A DNA stretch of 64,000 nucleotides from Candidatus Bathyarchaeota archaeon (GTDB taxonomy: Archaea > Thermoproteota > Bathyarchaeia > Bathyarchaeales > Bathycorpusculaceae). Positions 38,874 through 49,256 of this stretch are shown here, in pieces (position 1 is the first letter of the stretch; every line of letters begins with the position of its first letter). The notes beneath the pieces are model-generated. The model did not search any database, had not been told where the DNA came from, and saw only the letters and a list, made by a program, of their open reading frames with translations. The stretch spans positions 2,176,001 to 2,240,000 of the forward strand of contig OY970176.1 in the NCBI GenBank assembly GCA_963707955.1. Direction: 5' to 3'. The translations under genes and the position numbers were made by a program.

Positions 38874-39317
38874 ATGCCAGGAGTTCTTGTCCTTTATTAC
38901 AGCAGAACTGGAAACACTGAGAAAATGGCTTTGGCCGTTGCAGACGGAGCCAAAAGCGTGCCTGGAACTGAAGTAGAACTGAACTACTACGTGCCTCAAG
39001 AGGAGCTCATGGGTTTCGACGCTATACTTGTTGGAGCAGCAACCTATCATCATGACATGCCCGTTACATTTAAGAACTATTTTGAGGAGGCGGCTGTGAA
39101 AAACGTAATGCTGAAAGGCAAAGTCGGAGCGGCGTTCGGTTCATACGGGTGGAGTGGCGAAGTTTCTCGACTGGTTCTTGAGATATTGAGGAACAGGTTT
39201 GGCATGGAAGTGACTGAGTCGCCGTTATCAGTGGTATATACGCCGGACTAGGCTGGTCTGGAGAAGTGCTTTGCTTTGGGTAAAAGGGTTGCCGAAAGCC
39301 TTATTCGTAAAGCTTGA
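38874..39317 (+). CDS. Flavodoxin (FprA C-terminal-like) with internal TAG at 39249-39251
   Basis: YYSRTGNTEKMA, AAFGSYGWSGE; after the TAG the frame continues AGLEKCFALGKRVAESLIRKA*, the expected final helix. Confidence 0.85.
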
Positions 39318-39345
39318 CATGTGCTTACGACTAGGAGGCGAAGGT

Positions 39346-39825
39346 TTGAGCTCGAAAGAAGAATTGGTAAGATTCTTGAAGGACCAAATCAAAGTTGAGA
39401 ACAAAATTGTGGAATCGTTAAACAAGTCTTTGCCTGAAATTGGAAACCCCACGGTCAAGGGTGTTTTGAAAGGAGTATCCTTGGACTCTGTGAAACACGC
39501 TGAATTGTACGCCTCGGCAGTCATGCTGATGACCACTGTCTCGAAAGCTCTGACGCAAGAAAACCTTGACAAACAGAAGGATCTCGTGGAAAAACACATT
39601 CAGATGGAGGCGGAGCTTATCGAGAAAATAGGCAACGTACTTCCCTCAGTCAAAGACAACAAGGTCAAACTGTTGCTGAATGCGATACTGGCGGATGAGA
39701 AGAGACATCATGGTCTCTTGAAACAGGTGCTGGAAATCCTTGTCAAAGGAGAGACCATAACAGAAGCAGACTGGTGGGACGTTCTCTGGAAAGACGTGCC
39801 ATTTCACGGAGCACCCGGAGGCTAA
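39346..39825 (+). CDS. Ferritin/rubrerythrin-like diiron protein
   Basis: DSVKH, EAE, DEKRHH; TTG start after AGGAGG. Confidence 0.8.
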   Translation: MSSKEELVRFLKDQIKVENKIVESLNKSLPEIGNPTVKGVLKGVSLDSVKHAELYASAVMLMTTVSKALTQENLDKQKDLVEKHIQMEAELIEKIGNVLPSVKDNKVKLLLNAILADEKRHHGLLKQVLEILVKGETITEADWWDVLWKDVPFHGAPGG

Positions 39826-39950
39826 ACATCAACGCGTTCGTGAAACACGCCTGCTTCCTTTCATTTTTTGGATGTGCTAGCTCGAAACGATTGGTTTAAA
39901 TGATAATATCAAAGTAATTAGCAGAGACCTGAGTTCTCAAAGGCGGAAAC

Positions 39951-40142
39951 ATGGCTAAGATCAAAATCGATAACGCCAAGTGCTTAAGAGAAAAAGAAAA
40001 GATCTGCGTGGAGATATGCCCATTTTCAATTTTCCGTGAAGGAAAAACAGAAAGAGTAGAGATTGTCAACGTGGAGAACTGTATAATGTGCAGAACCTGT
40101 ATCGTCAACTGTCCAGGCCAGGCAATAGACATTCTGGTTTGA
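39951..40142 (+). CDS. Ferredoxin (4Fe-4S dicluster type)
   Basis: C-x6-CVEICP and CIMCRTCIVNCP. Confidence 0.88.
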   Translation: MAKIKIDNAKCLREKEKICVEICPFSIFREGKTERVEIVNVENCIMCRTCIVNCPGQAIDILV

Positions 40143-40148
40143 AACGTT

Positions 40149-41559
40149 CTACAGAATTGTGAGCACCTTGCCTCTTTGATTCTTTATTTCGACTCTTAGT
40201 TTCTCGCCAGTGGTTCTCGTGGCGCATTTTATGCAGGGGTCGTAAGCTCTGATCACCATTTCGATTCTGTTCAAGAGTCCCGGCTTGACCTCGCCGTTTT
40301 GTATGAACTCGGTTGCAGCGTCTTTCACGTTCAGGTTTATCGCCTGATTGTTGATCTGCGTGGGTATTATCAGTTTCAACTGTTCCAGCCGACCGTCGTT
40401 GGACAAAACGTATTCGTGTGCAAGCGTGCCTCTTGGTGCTTCAACTACTCCGATTCCTCTGCCACCTTTCGGTTCGACTTTGACTCTGGTGTCTGAATGT
40501 GTCAGGGTCTCGTCTTCCAGGAGTTCCTTCGCTTTCTCAACCGCGTACATCAGGTCAATCAGACGGGCGTAATCGAGGAGGATAGTGGTGTGAGCAGGGG
40601 TTCCGAATTTTCTTTTGAACTCATGTAGCTCCGTGTTGGCAAGTTCAGTTGTGGTTTTGCTGTTCACGTTGATTCTTGCTGTCGGACCCACTTGCACGAT
40701 GCCTTCAGGCCATCCTAAGGCTTTCAGGTACGCAAATTTCGCGTATGTCCAAGGATAGATTTTTTCTTCGACGTGCTCCATGTAGTCTTGAGCTGCAAAT
40801 TCTGCCACGTTTCCGCCTTCAGGATTGATGATTCGGATGTTTCCGCGGTAGAAGTTTATGGCGTCATCTTGCGTTAACGCCATGTAATGAGTCCTGTAGT
40901 CTCCAGTCTCTCTTGAAGTCTGCCCAGTTTTTTTCGAAAAGCTCCTTGCCCGTGGCCAAAGCTTCTTTGGCAATGGCGATCGAGTTTTCAGCCTCCTTGA
41001 GCAGCTCTTCGCGCTCTCTTTCCCTGAGGGGGTTGATTAGACCCCCAGGAATCACCGAGAGAATATGTACTTCACGTTTTCCAACGACGTCTAATATTTT
41101 AGCACCGAAGCTTCTGAGGGCTATAGCCCTTTTGCCGACGTCAGGTCTTTCTCGCATGATCTGGAATATGTTTCTCTTCGAAGGATCCTCTTCTAGAGGA
41201 AACCAGAAATCTGGAAGTGTGAGAAAGTAGATGACCAAAGAGTGATTGCTGACTATTTGTCCCATGAGCAGAAGTTCACGGAGTTTCCGGGCTGACTCAG
41301 TAATCTCTGTTTGGTAAATGCTTTCTATGGCTTCCACAGACGCCATTATGTGGGCCGTTGAGCACACGCCGCATATCCTTGAGATTATGAATGGCAGCCT
41401 GTCCGCCTCCATCCCTCTTAGAAAATATTCGAAACCACGAATTTCTGTGGCATAGAAATGAGCGTCAGCAACGTTTCCAGATTCATCAAGCATTATCGTG
41501 ACTTTGCCGTGCCCCTCAATCCTCGTCGTCGGCGATATCGTTATCTCTTTTCTGCTCAA
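40149..41559 (-). CDS. Group 3-like [NiFe] hydrogenase large subunit (MvhA-like); one extra base at 40907
   Basis: TRIEGH, RICGVC (L1), EAPRGTL.H, RAYDPCIKCATR (L2); span 1411 nt = 3n+1. Confidence 0.9.
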
Positions 41560-42419
41560 ACGACTCTGTCCCTCGCTTTGGCACGTTCAAACCTTGAAAA
41601 GATGAAAGTGTGGAAGACGAAGGGGTTGCGGTAGAGTTCCTGCTTAATCGTTTGTTCAGGGATGCTCGTTCTGCTCGCTATGACTTTGACCAAGAAGGCA
41701 TACATGTCCCTTGACCTGTACATCATAGAGTCAGGCGGACCTCTGCATCCGAAGCACGTGAAGCCAGCTCTGGGGCATGGCGCTCCGCAACCCTCACGTG
41801 TTAGGGAGCCCAGACACACGAAGCCCTGACTGACCATACAGAGCACAGGGTCTGCTGGTTTTTCATATATGCCGTACAAACGATCGAGCTTCGCTGCAAC
41901 TATTTTTCTGTGACATTCGGCGCACACTACGCTTTGATGGCGTTCTGGCTGCTTACCACTCACTATGCTTTTCAGCGTGTGAACTATCAGGAAAGGCATA
42001 GGCGGACAGCCTGGAATATAGTAGTCAACATCGACAAAGTTGCATATGGGATACATGAGATCCTCAAGTTCCGGAAGTTTCGTTGCGTCGATCAGGGAAT
42101 ATTCTTTCTCTAACAGGTTCTTGAGGGCAAGCATGTTTCCGAGGCTAGTTATTCCACCATGGGTCGCGCATAGTCCCAAACCTACGAGTATCCGACACTT
42201 CGCTCTCACTTCTCTTATCAACGTTTCATCGTCTTTGGTCCTGACTCCTCCTTCAACGATTGCTAAATCAACGTTTGGAACCTCTTTCAAGTCAATGAAG
42301 GTTGGGGAGTAGACGATGTCGAAGTCTCCTGCGAGAATTTCAATCAGTGCGTCACCAGCATTCAAGAACGACGAGACGCAACCAGCACAACACGTCAAAG
42401 AAACTATGTTTACCTTCAA
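41556..42419 (-). CDS. [NiFe] hydrogenase small subunit (MvhG-like)
   Basis: CAGC, GLCATHGG, PGCPP, VCAEC, CLG..GCGAPCP..CFGCRGP. Confidence 0.9.
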   Translation of the reverse strand: MKVNIVSLTCCAGCVSSFLNAGDALIEILAGDFDIVYSPTFIDLKEVPNVDLAIVEGGVRTKDDETLIREVRAKCRILVGLGLCATHGGITSLGNMLALKNLLEKEYSLIDATKLPELEDLMYPICNFVDVDYYIPGCPPMPFLIVHTLKSIVSGKQPERHQSVVCAECHRKIVAAKLDRLYGIYEKPADPVLCMVSQGFVCLGSLTREGCGAPCPRAGFTCFGCRGPPDSMMYRSRDMYAFLVKVIASRTSIPEQTIKQELYRNPFVFHTFIFSRFERAKARDRVV

Positions 42420-42698
42420 ACCTTTTCACTCTCGGTCTTGAAAGACTTCGAGGCACTTCTAAAGAGTATGTGCTTGAAATTCCTTAAGCCTTTCTGTCTA
42501 GTGGGATACTGCAGGACAATGCATTTTGCTGTTCTTTTTGAGGGTGCTCTTTCTCAAGAACCAGAACACATAGACCTATCAGTCAAAGGATAGGCGTCAA
42601 AGGCTGGTTAGAAAAGGGGAAAGATGATTATCGAGCCACTTTGCAAGAATCGTGACGTGCACGCCTAAAAGGCTGACAATCGATTTGGGCGAACGGGG

Positions 42699-43739
42699 CT
42701 AATAATGTCGAGTGTAGGGTGTACCCGTCAATGTCATGATTTCTCCGTCTTTCTTCCGTGCCGCATCGGTCTTTTGCGTTAGAGGCTCAGTCGTCCCCTC
42801 GTTTCTTAGAAGTTGTGCTGTTACTGCTTGTGTTTCATTTGCTAGGTTACGTATTGCTCTCAACATCGTAGCTACTTCGGCACCCTTGGCGGTCAGAGAG
42901 TAGGCTATCGGTTCTTTTCTCGTGAAGACCAGCTTCTTTCCCTTCAACTTTCTCAGATACTTGTACGTTCTTCTCAGCGAGATTTCCGTCTTCTCCGACA
43001 GTTTCTTTGCAGAGACTCCATCAGCAGGAATGTTCTGGTACACTCTTCTCTCAGTCGGCGAGAACGTTTCCAGATTTGAATCTCTTCTTGTTTTGAATAT
43101 AAATATGTAGTTTTTTTCCTTGCTCGTCTCGATTAATCCTGTCCTCTGTAGTCGGCTGAGGACTCGTGCAACGCTTTTGGTTGGAATCATCGTTCTCGCG
43201 TCTTGGTAGGTTTTAGGTCTTTCTAGGAGAGCATCCAATATTGTTTCTTCGTAGCATTCGGAGTGAGGAGGCAGAACGTTTTCCAAATCCTGGAAATTCT
43301 TTACGAACTCGTTGACTTTGCAGCCAAGCACAGTTGCGTGAAAGGGGTTCTGAGCTTCTTGTACGAGCCCGACCTCGACCAACGGGTTGACGTATTCCTC
43401 AACTATGGTCTGCTGACTATGGTGAAAGCCAAATGATGCAAGCTTCTGCTGAAGTTGAGATAGGGAATAGCCCTGTGTTGAAATCAAGTCGAGTATTTGC
43501 AGTCGCCTGCCGTTCTTCAGCGTGTTCAGCAACTGTTCGACAAAATTTGGTCTCTGCATTTTTTCGTTTATCTTTCTAAGCTGGTTTTTCAGCCTCCAAA
43601 TCTTACAATCTGTTATGCATGTGATGGGGCTGAGCGGGTTACAGCTCTTACACTTCTCTTCCAAACTCTTCAGGATATTTATTAGGCTTGCATGCTTTTC
43701 CGAATCCAAAGCAGAGCTTGAGTGATTTTGGGTTTCCAT
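42699..43739 (-). CDS. Multi-winged-helix protein with N-terminal Cys cluster
   Basis: CKSC-x7-CITDC then repeated wHTH-like segments (e.g. LSEKTEISLRRTYKYLRKL..YSLT.KG). Confidence 0.75.
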   Translation of the reverse strand: METQNHSSSALDSEKHASLINILKSLEEKCKSCNPLSPITCITDCKIWRLKNQLRKINEKMQRPNFVEQLLNTLKNGRRLQILDLISTQGYSLSQLQQKLASFGFHHSQQTIVEEYVNPLVEVGLVQEAQNPFHATVLGCKVNEFVKNFQDLENVLPPHSECYEETILDALLERPKTYQDARTMIPTKSVARVLSRLQRTGLIETSKEKNYIFIFKTRRDSNLETFSPTERRVYQNIPADGVSAKKLSEKTEISLRRTYKYLRKLKGKKLVFTRKEPIAYSLTAKGAEVATMLRAIRNLANETQAVTAQLLRNEGTTEPLTQKTDAARKKDGEIMTLTGTPYTRHY

Positions 43740-43830
43740 TCGTCGATTCCCTTCAGGCGTACGTCATGGCAGGCTGAGAAAGGAATCGGATTCGCGCTTA
43801 AAACCAGATTTTGGGGATGCTAAGCCTGTC

Positions 43831-43865
43831 ATGACATACGTCATAAACAGTATGACGTACGTCAT
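43831..43865. promoter_or_regulatory. Tandem 14-bp palindromic operator abutting a TATA box
   Basis: ATGACATACGTCAT (43831-44) and perfect ATGACGTACGTCAT (43852-65), followed by TTTATATA. Confidence 0.75.
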
Positions 43866-43907
43866 CTTTATATACTTTTCCACCATGGTAAATCAAACGG
43901 TGAATAC

Positions 43908-44313
43908 TTGTTGATACTTCCGTGCGAAGTGGCTGTAAAATCAGTCGTGCCAGCAGTGAAGGCATTAATGGCACAACAACTAGTCGAAGAGTATGGCATG
44001 AACCAGGAACAGGTGGCAGAAATCCTTGGGATATCGCAGTCTGCAGTGAGCAAGTACTTCAGAAAGGTCAGAGGACACGTCATAGAGGTTGACAAAGTGC
44101 AGGAAGCTCGACCTCTCATTGCCAGCATGGTGATAATGGTCGTGAACGGAGAGCACCAAAGGGCAGAGTTTCTGCAGTCTCTTCTGCGAGGCGTGTGGAA
44201 CCATACGGAAAACGGGTATGGTGTGCCGATTCTGCAAAAAGTCAGATCCGAAAATCAAAATAGAAGAGTGCGGCTTCTGCATGGAGCTGAGGTTAGGCAA
44301 AAAAAGAAGGTAG
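43908..44313 (+). CDS. COG2522-like HTH regulator with C-terminal Cys motifs; one extra T at 44178
   Basis: PCE..PAVKA..QEQVAEILGISQSAVSKY; removing T44178 gives FCEAC..VCRFC..ECGFC..KKRR* ending 4 nt before the protease start. Confidence 0.85.
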
Positions 44314-44317
44314 AAGG

Positions 44318-45253
44318 ATGTCTTCTTTCGATGAGAAGGCTGTTCTTGATGTTCTGGAAAGAGTGAGCAAAAGTGTTGTGAACATAAGCACGGTTAAGCT
44401 TGTTAGTCGGATGTTTTATCAGGCGGTCCCCGTGGAGGGCATGGGTTCTGGGACGATAATAGACCCGAAAGGGGATATATTGACTAACAACCACGTTGTC
44501 GGAGGCGCTGAGAAGATAGGTGTGACGCTGTGGAATGGAGAAGTGTTGGAGGGGACGATAGTGGGGGCATGCGCCGTACACGACACTGCAATCGTGCGAG
44601 TTAAAAGACAAGGTTTGGAAGCCGCAGAGTTGGGGGATTCGGAAAAGCTGAGGGTTGGTCAGAGAGTCTATGCGATCGGAAACCCGTTCGGATTGGCTGG
44701 GGGGCCCACGGTTACGTCTGGAGTGATCAGCGCAACTAAGAGAACGATAGAATCTCAGAGAGGGCTAGTGGAAAACCTGGTTCAAACTGATGCGGCGATA
44801 AACCCTGGAAACAGCGGCGGTCCTCTCGTGGACCTTGAGGGAAAGGTCATCGCGATAAGCACAGCGATAATTCCGTATGCTCAAGGGATAGGGTTTGCTA
44901 TTCCAATAAACATGGCGAAGAAGTGCACGGGCGAAATGATAAGGGACGGGGTTTCTGTCAGACCTTGGCTCGGGATAGTAGGCCTAAGCCTTAACGAGGA
45001 CATAGCTCAATACTATAATTTGCCGTTGGAGCATGGTGTTCTCATATCCAAGGTCACTGATGAAAGCCCAGCGCAGCACGCAGGCCTGATTATGGGCGAC
45101 ATAATTCTGAGAATGGACAACGTGAAGATCGACACCATCGAGGACCTGTTGAACGATATTCACAAGAGAAGGGTCGGCGAAAAGGTGAGAATTACAGTCT
45201 TCCGCAGGGGTTTCGAACAGTTCTTCGAAGTGACTTTGAGCAAAATGCCCTAA
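44318..45253 (+). CDS. HtrA/DegP-like serine protease with PDZ domain
   Basis: GSG, TNNHVV, QTDAAINPGNSGGPL, PDZ. Confidence 0.95.
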   Translation: MSSFDEKAVLDVLERVSKSVVNISTVKLVSRMFYQAVPVEGMGSGTIIDPKGDILTNNHVVGGAEKIGVTLWNGEVLEGTIVGACAVHDTAIVRVKRQGLEAAELGDSEKLRVGQRVYAIGNPFGLAGGPTVTSGVISATKRTIESQRGLVENLVQTDAAINPGNSGGPLVDLEGKVIAISTAIIPYAQGIGFAIPINMAKKCTGEMIRDGVSVRPWLGIVGLSLNEDIAQYYNLPLEHGVLISKVTDESPAQHAGLIMGDIILRMDNVKIDTIEDLLNDIHKRRVGEKVRITVFRRGFEQFFEVTLSKMP

Positions 45254-45596
45254 TCATCTTTTGTACTTCGGGTCTGGGTTTCCGCCTCTTGCCTTCTCTT
45301 CTATCCAAGCGTTGGTTCCGACCTTTTTTCTGTAGGCCAGTTGACCAGCCCTGTAGAAGACGCGCCATCTTCCTTCGCTCGGGTCGTACGTTGAAAGGAA
45401 ATAGTCGCATGGAAAGTCACGACACATGCAGAAGTGTTCAACTTTCTTCTCTCTAACGCAGGAGTAGAAGCGGCATTCGCCCCAGAAAGGCTTTCCCTTC
45501 ACGTAGCCGCAGCCACTGCAATTCTTCTTGTAAGAGTTGCACTAAGCCAAAGCAGCTACCCGCACGGGGAGGCCAGATTAAAATCAGCTTACTCAT
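45254..45596 (-). pseudogene. DUF3795-like Cys-rich protein, disrupted 5' end
   Basis: CRFYSC..EH..C.DFPC; upstream ASPCG and CNSYKKNCSGCG segments are separated by frameshifts/stops. Confidence 0.55.
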
Positions 45597-45701
45597 CCAA
45601 TTCCAGGCCTCAGGTTAACCTAGGTCGATGAAGTTATATATACGCGTACTCTGGTTTTTTAAACGAAGTTGCGCACAAGATTAGGTGGAAGTGTGACGTA
45701 A

Positions 45702-46247
45702 ATGGTTAGAGAAATGACTGAAACGAACCTTCGAAGCGCGTACGCAGGTGAAAGCCAAGCTCACATGAGATACAAGATCTTTGCAGAGAGAGCCAAAAAA
45801 ATGGGCTTTCTCAATGTAGCTAGACTTTTTGATGCCGTGGCCTTCGCTGAGAGAGTTCATGCAGGTAACCATTTCAGGCACATACTCACCAAGGGGGGAG
45901 CAACAACAGTTTCAGCCGCAGTTTTCGGGTCCACAAGCACTTCAGAAGATTTGCAAACAGGCATCGATGGGGAAAGCTTTGAGATCAACGAGATGTACCC
46001 GGCATACAAGGCTGTAGCCCAGTTTCAAGGTGAGAAGTCGGCTGAGACAAGCTTCACGTGGGCCTTAGAAGCTGAAAAGATCCACTTGAGCTTATACAAG
46101 AAAGCGAAGGCAGCAGTAGACCAGAAAAGAGACGTGACTTTGCAACCTGTGCAGGTGTGCACTGTATGCGGCTACACGGTCGAGGGCGATGCGCCAGAAA
46201 AATGTCCAATCTGCAACGCTTCAAGAGACAAATTCAGAACTTTCTAA
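45702..46247 (+). CDS. rbr: Rubrerythrin
   Basis: AYAGESQA..AERVHA..GESFE..MYP..AEKIH..CTVCG..CPIC. Confidence 0.95.
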   Translation: MVREMTETNLRSAYAGESQAHMRYKIFAERAKKMGFLNVARLFDAVAFAERVHAGNHFRHILTKGGATTVSAAVFGSTSTSEDLQTGIDGESFEINEMYPAYKAVAQFQGEKSAETSFTWALEAEKIHLSLYKKAKAAVDQKRDVTLQPVQVCTVCGYTVEGDAPEKCPICNASRDKFRTF

Positions 46248-46353
46248 CATTAACCAACGTGCTGATCAGACGATGTAACAGTCATTATTGTTCGATCAGC
46301 GTGAATCGCGCCCTCATAAAGCTGGTAGGAGTGTACAGAAAATCAGGGAAGAA

Positions 46354-46971
46354 ATGGGGAAGATAGAGAGACGGCCTAACCTGTCCGTTGTGGCCTTGGT
46401 ATCCTTTGCTCTCTCGTTTGCTGTGGCCAGAACGTTCACGGCCCTGAGCCCCCAATTGATTCTTTCTCCTTCTGGTTTCCACGTTCACCATTTTTGGTAC
46501 GGCATAGTCATGCTTGCTGTAGGCGGTTGGCTGGGCATCAGCTACAATGATCCGCGGGTTGATCGAGTTGCAGCGATAATTTTTGGGGCTGGAGGTGGAC
46601 TTATAGGTGATGAAGCGGGAATTTTGCTGACACTTAAGAGCAACAACTACTGGGCTGGAGCAAGCTACACGTTCATAATAATATTCTTGGCTTCAGCATC
46701 GATACTCGTTCTACTGAACAGATATTCAAGGACGGTCCTGAAGGAGTTCAAGGAATTCTCAAGCAGTCAAGGCGGCTTTTATCTGGCCGTTTTTCTTGCG
46801 GTAATTTCGACAGCCTTCTTGATAGACACTACCAACCCCACGGTGATCGCTGTTACGAGCCTCCTTACGATAGTAGCATGGGTCACCATACTGGCATTCT
46901 TGATTCAAAGAATCCGAGGAAGACTGAGTCGGCGGCAAGAAATCGAAAGCTCACCTATGGTTCCTAGCTGA
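46354..46971 (+). CDS. Integral membrane protein
   Basis: ARTFT..HVHHFWYG..FGAGGGLIGDE; multiple TM helices. Confidence 0.75.
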   Translation: MGKIERRPNLSVVALVSFALSFAVARTFTALSPQLILSPSGFHVHHFWYGIVMLAVGGWLGISYNDPRVDRVAAIIFGAGGGLIGDEAGILLTLKSNNYWAGASYTFIIIFLASASILVLLNRYSRTVLKEFKEFSSSQGGFYLAVFLAVISTAFLIDTTNPTVIAVTSLLTIVAWVTILAFLIQRIRGRLSRRQEIESSPMVPS

Positions 46972-47017
46972 AACATTTAATACACCTTTTCTCGCAGTTA
47001 TCCAAGACGCGATCGTC

Positions 47018-47404
47018 ATGGAGACTTCAGACGTGGATGCGAGCAACTGGGAACCGGAAATCTCAAAGTCCACCATTTTGACGATTGTCTACTTCTGGCA
47101 TGAACGATGCCCATGGTGTTTCAGGTTCAACCCCATTCTCGAGGAGGTCGCACAAGAGTACAAAGGGAAGATAAAGTTTGCGAAGCTGAACGTGCTTGCA
47201 AGCCCATCTAATCAGGAGATAGCGAACAACTTCGGTGTATTGAGCACTCCTACGTTGCTGTTCCTGTGCAGGGGAAGACCAGTGGGACAGGTTGTTGGCC
47301 TAATGTCTAAGGAAGAATTGGAGAGGGGATTAAACGACATGCTTGCAAGGTACAAAGGCTGTCTAAGTCAGAGCACAGAGCTGAGGCCAGCCTACATCGT
47401 GTGA
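47018..47404 (+). CDS. Thioredoxin family protein
   Basis: FWHERCPWC, KLNV, GVLSTPTL. Confidence 0.9.
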   Translation: METSDVDASNWEPEISKSTILTIVYFWHERCPWCFRFNPILEEVAQEYKGKIKFAKLNVLASPSNQEIANNFGVLSTPTLLFLCRGRPVGQVVGLMSKEELERGLNDMLARYKGCLSQSTELRPAYIV

Positions 47405-47437
47405 AGACTAGTTGAGGATCAGACTTGGCTCTCCGTG

Positions 47438-47749
47438 CTCACAAACGCTTGAAAGCGCGCGCTACAACAAACCAACAACCGTAGATAGCAAGAAAAACAA
47501 TCAGCCCCGTGTGACTGCTTATTATCGTCCTATGCTCATGTTCGGATCAAAAATGTTGAAAGTCTTGCTGAAAACCCTAACCGACAAGTTCTTCGAAAGC
47601 CTTTCAAGAGCACGCGATTTCCTGTCAAGCGCCAACGAAAAGACCAGCGCAGCACAACCCATCGCAAGGAGAACCAAGGATGACGCGAGCAGTGAAACGT
47701 CCTCCGGAAAAACGTTGAACACCCGCCCCACCTGCTTCAACAATAACAT
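47438..47749 (-). pseudogene. Truncated/frameshifted membrane protein fragment
   Basis: TM..KNLSVRVFSKTFNIFDP then continues in another frame (RTIISSHTGLIVFLAIYGCWF) and stops. Confidence 0.35.
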
Positions 47750-47860
47750 AGACGAAGACCAAACTTAAATCCTTAACGAACCTCACACTCAACCTTGGCT
47801 ACCCTTACCCAAAAAAAGTAATACAATTGACCGCATGAAACCAGACAACGGCGACCCAAC

Positions 47861-48658
47861 ATGTCAAAAAGGCTGAACCCCAGCAAGCTCCAAGAAGGCT
47901 CAATAACCAGACTTCTGGGCAAAAGCATCTTCTTCTCAGAAGAAGTCGCCTCAACAAACGAGTGGGCCAAGAAGCTGGCGAGCCAAGGCGCCCCAGAGGG
48001 CTGGGTCGCTATCGCAGAAACTCAAACCCACGGGCGGGGAAGACTCGACCGCGAATGGATCTCACCGCTTGGGGGCCTGTGGTTCTCGTTGATTCTCAGG
48101 CCTAAACAACGCTTGGCGAAAGCTGCCAAACTCACATTTGTGGCCGGGATCGCGGTCGCCGAGACTCTGCATGAACAGTACGGCCTGAGGACTCAGACCA
48201 AGTGGCCCAACGACGTACTCGTGAACGGACGCAAAATCTGCGGCATACTCGGAGAGGCGAGCACGATGGGCAAAGAAATCAACGCTGTCGTCTTGGGAAT
48301 CGGAATAAACGCCAACTTCGACGCCGAACGAGTCTTGCCAGAATCGATTAGAGCAAGGGCCACATCGTTGGAAACCGAACTCGCCCGAAAGATTCAGCTG
48401 GAAGAACTCTTCATCCGACTGCTCGAGAAGCTGGAAGTGACATATTCACTCTACACCAGAAGAGGCTTCAGCTCGATTCTTAAGCGATGGAAAAGGTATG
48501 CTGGCTTTCTCGGCCAAGAGGTCCAAGTGACAGACAGAAACGAAAAGATCACAGGGTTGGCCTATGACGTGGACAAGAACGGAGCCCTGATTCTCATGCT
48601 TGAGAACGGGGCCTTCAAACATGTTTTCGCCGGAGACGTGTCCCTGCGGATAAAGTGA
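47861..48658 (+). CDS. birA: Biotin--[acetyl-CoA-carboxylase] ligase (no HTH)
   Basis: STN, QTHGRGRLDREW.SP.GGLWFS, KWPND, KICGIL, GIGIN. Confidence 0.95.
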   Translation: MSKRLNPSKLQEGSITRLLGKSIFFSEEVASTNEWAKKLASQGAPEGWVAIAETQTHGRGRLDREWISPLGGLWFSLILRPKQRLAKAAKLTFVAGIAVAETLHEQYGLRTQTKWPNDVLVNGRKICGILGEASTMGKEINAVVLGIGINANFDAERVLPESIRARATSLETELARKIQLEELFIRLLEKLEVTYSLYTRRGFSSILKRWKRYAGFLGQEVQVTDRNEKITGLAYDVDKNGALILMLENGAFKHVFAGDVSLRIK

Positions 48659-48813
48659 AAACCGTTGACCTAGACAGCTCTTCAGCATCATGCGTTGGAA
48701 ACCTGTGAAAAACGCTGTGCGAGGCCTCTGCATAAAGACTGCACTCAACTACGTCCTAGGATCGCAAACAAAAATGGAGGTTTGTCTGGAATTGGGCTGT
48801 CGCTCAAAAAATC

Positions 48814-49035
48814 CTAAGCTAAGGCTTTGAGCTTTGCGATCAGTTCCTTCTTCATCCTTTCGTTTCCCTGAATCTGCGTTCTTGCCTTTCGCCAGTCTGC
48901 GGAGCAGGTTCCGTAGCTCGACTGCTCACCGATGTACTTGTGGATAACCTCGTCAACTTTGCCCTTGTTCTTCTCGGTCACCTTGACACCGGCCTCTTTC
49001 AGCACGTCGTTAAACCATTTCCAGCAAGCCAACAC
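48814..49035 (-). CDS. Small hypothetical protein
   Basis: Clean ORF with GGTGA RBS, downstream of the isc operon. Confidence 0.6.
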   Translation of the reverse strand: MLACWKWFNDVLKEAGVKVTEKNKGKVDEVIHKYIGEQSSYGTCSADWRKARTQIQGNERMKKELIAKLKALA

Positions 49036-49094
49036 ACATCACCCTTCAACACGCAAGTTTTACGCGTTCCATGCTTAAAACTTTCTGTCCTCAG

Positions 49095-49256
49095 CTATTT
49101 TGCCTTTGCTTTCTTCTGCTCGTACCGCTCGGCGCATCTGACGCAGCAGAAGGCGTACTCTTTTCCGTCTATCGTGGTGGTGTAAGCCGCGAGTCTGCAC
49201 GTTTCTGTCGGTATCTCAGCCTTGCAGTATTCGCATCTGACGAACTTGGGCTTCAT
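49095..49256 (-). CDS. TRASH/YHS-domain small protein (not in ORF track)
   Basis: MKPKFVRCEYCKAEI..IDGKEYAFCCVRCAERY; ATGA overlap with iscU. Confidence 0.8.
   Translation of the reverse strand: MKPKFVRCEYCKAEIPTETCRLAAYTTTIDGKEYAFCCVRCAERYEQKKAKAK

Noticed and set aside
39249-39251. Pyrrolysine/amber recoding
   Set aside because: TAG is the true stop of many ribosomal genes here (rpl22, rps17, rpl14, rpl5, rpl19e, rps5, rpl30, rpl15, secY); no pyl genes in the window
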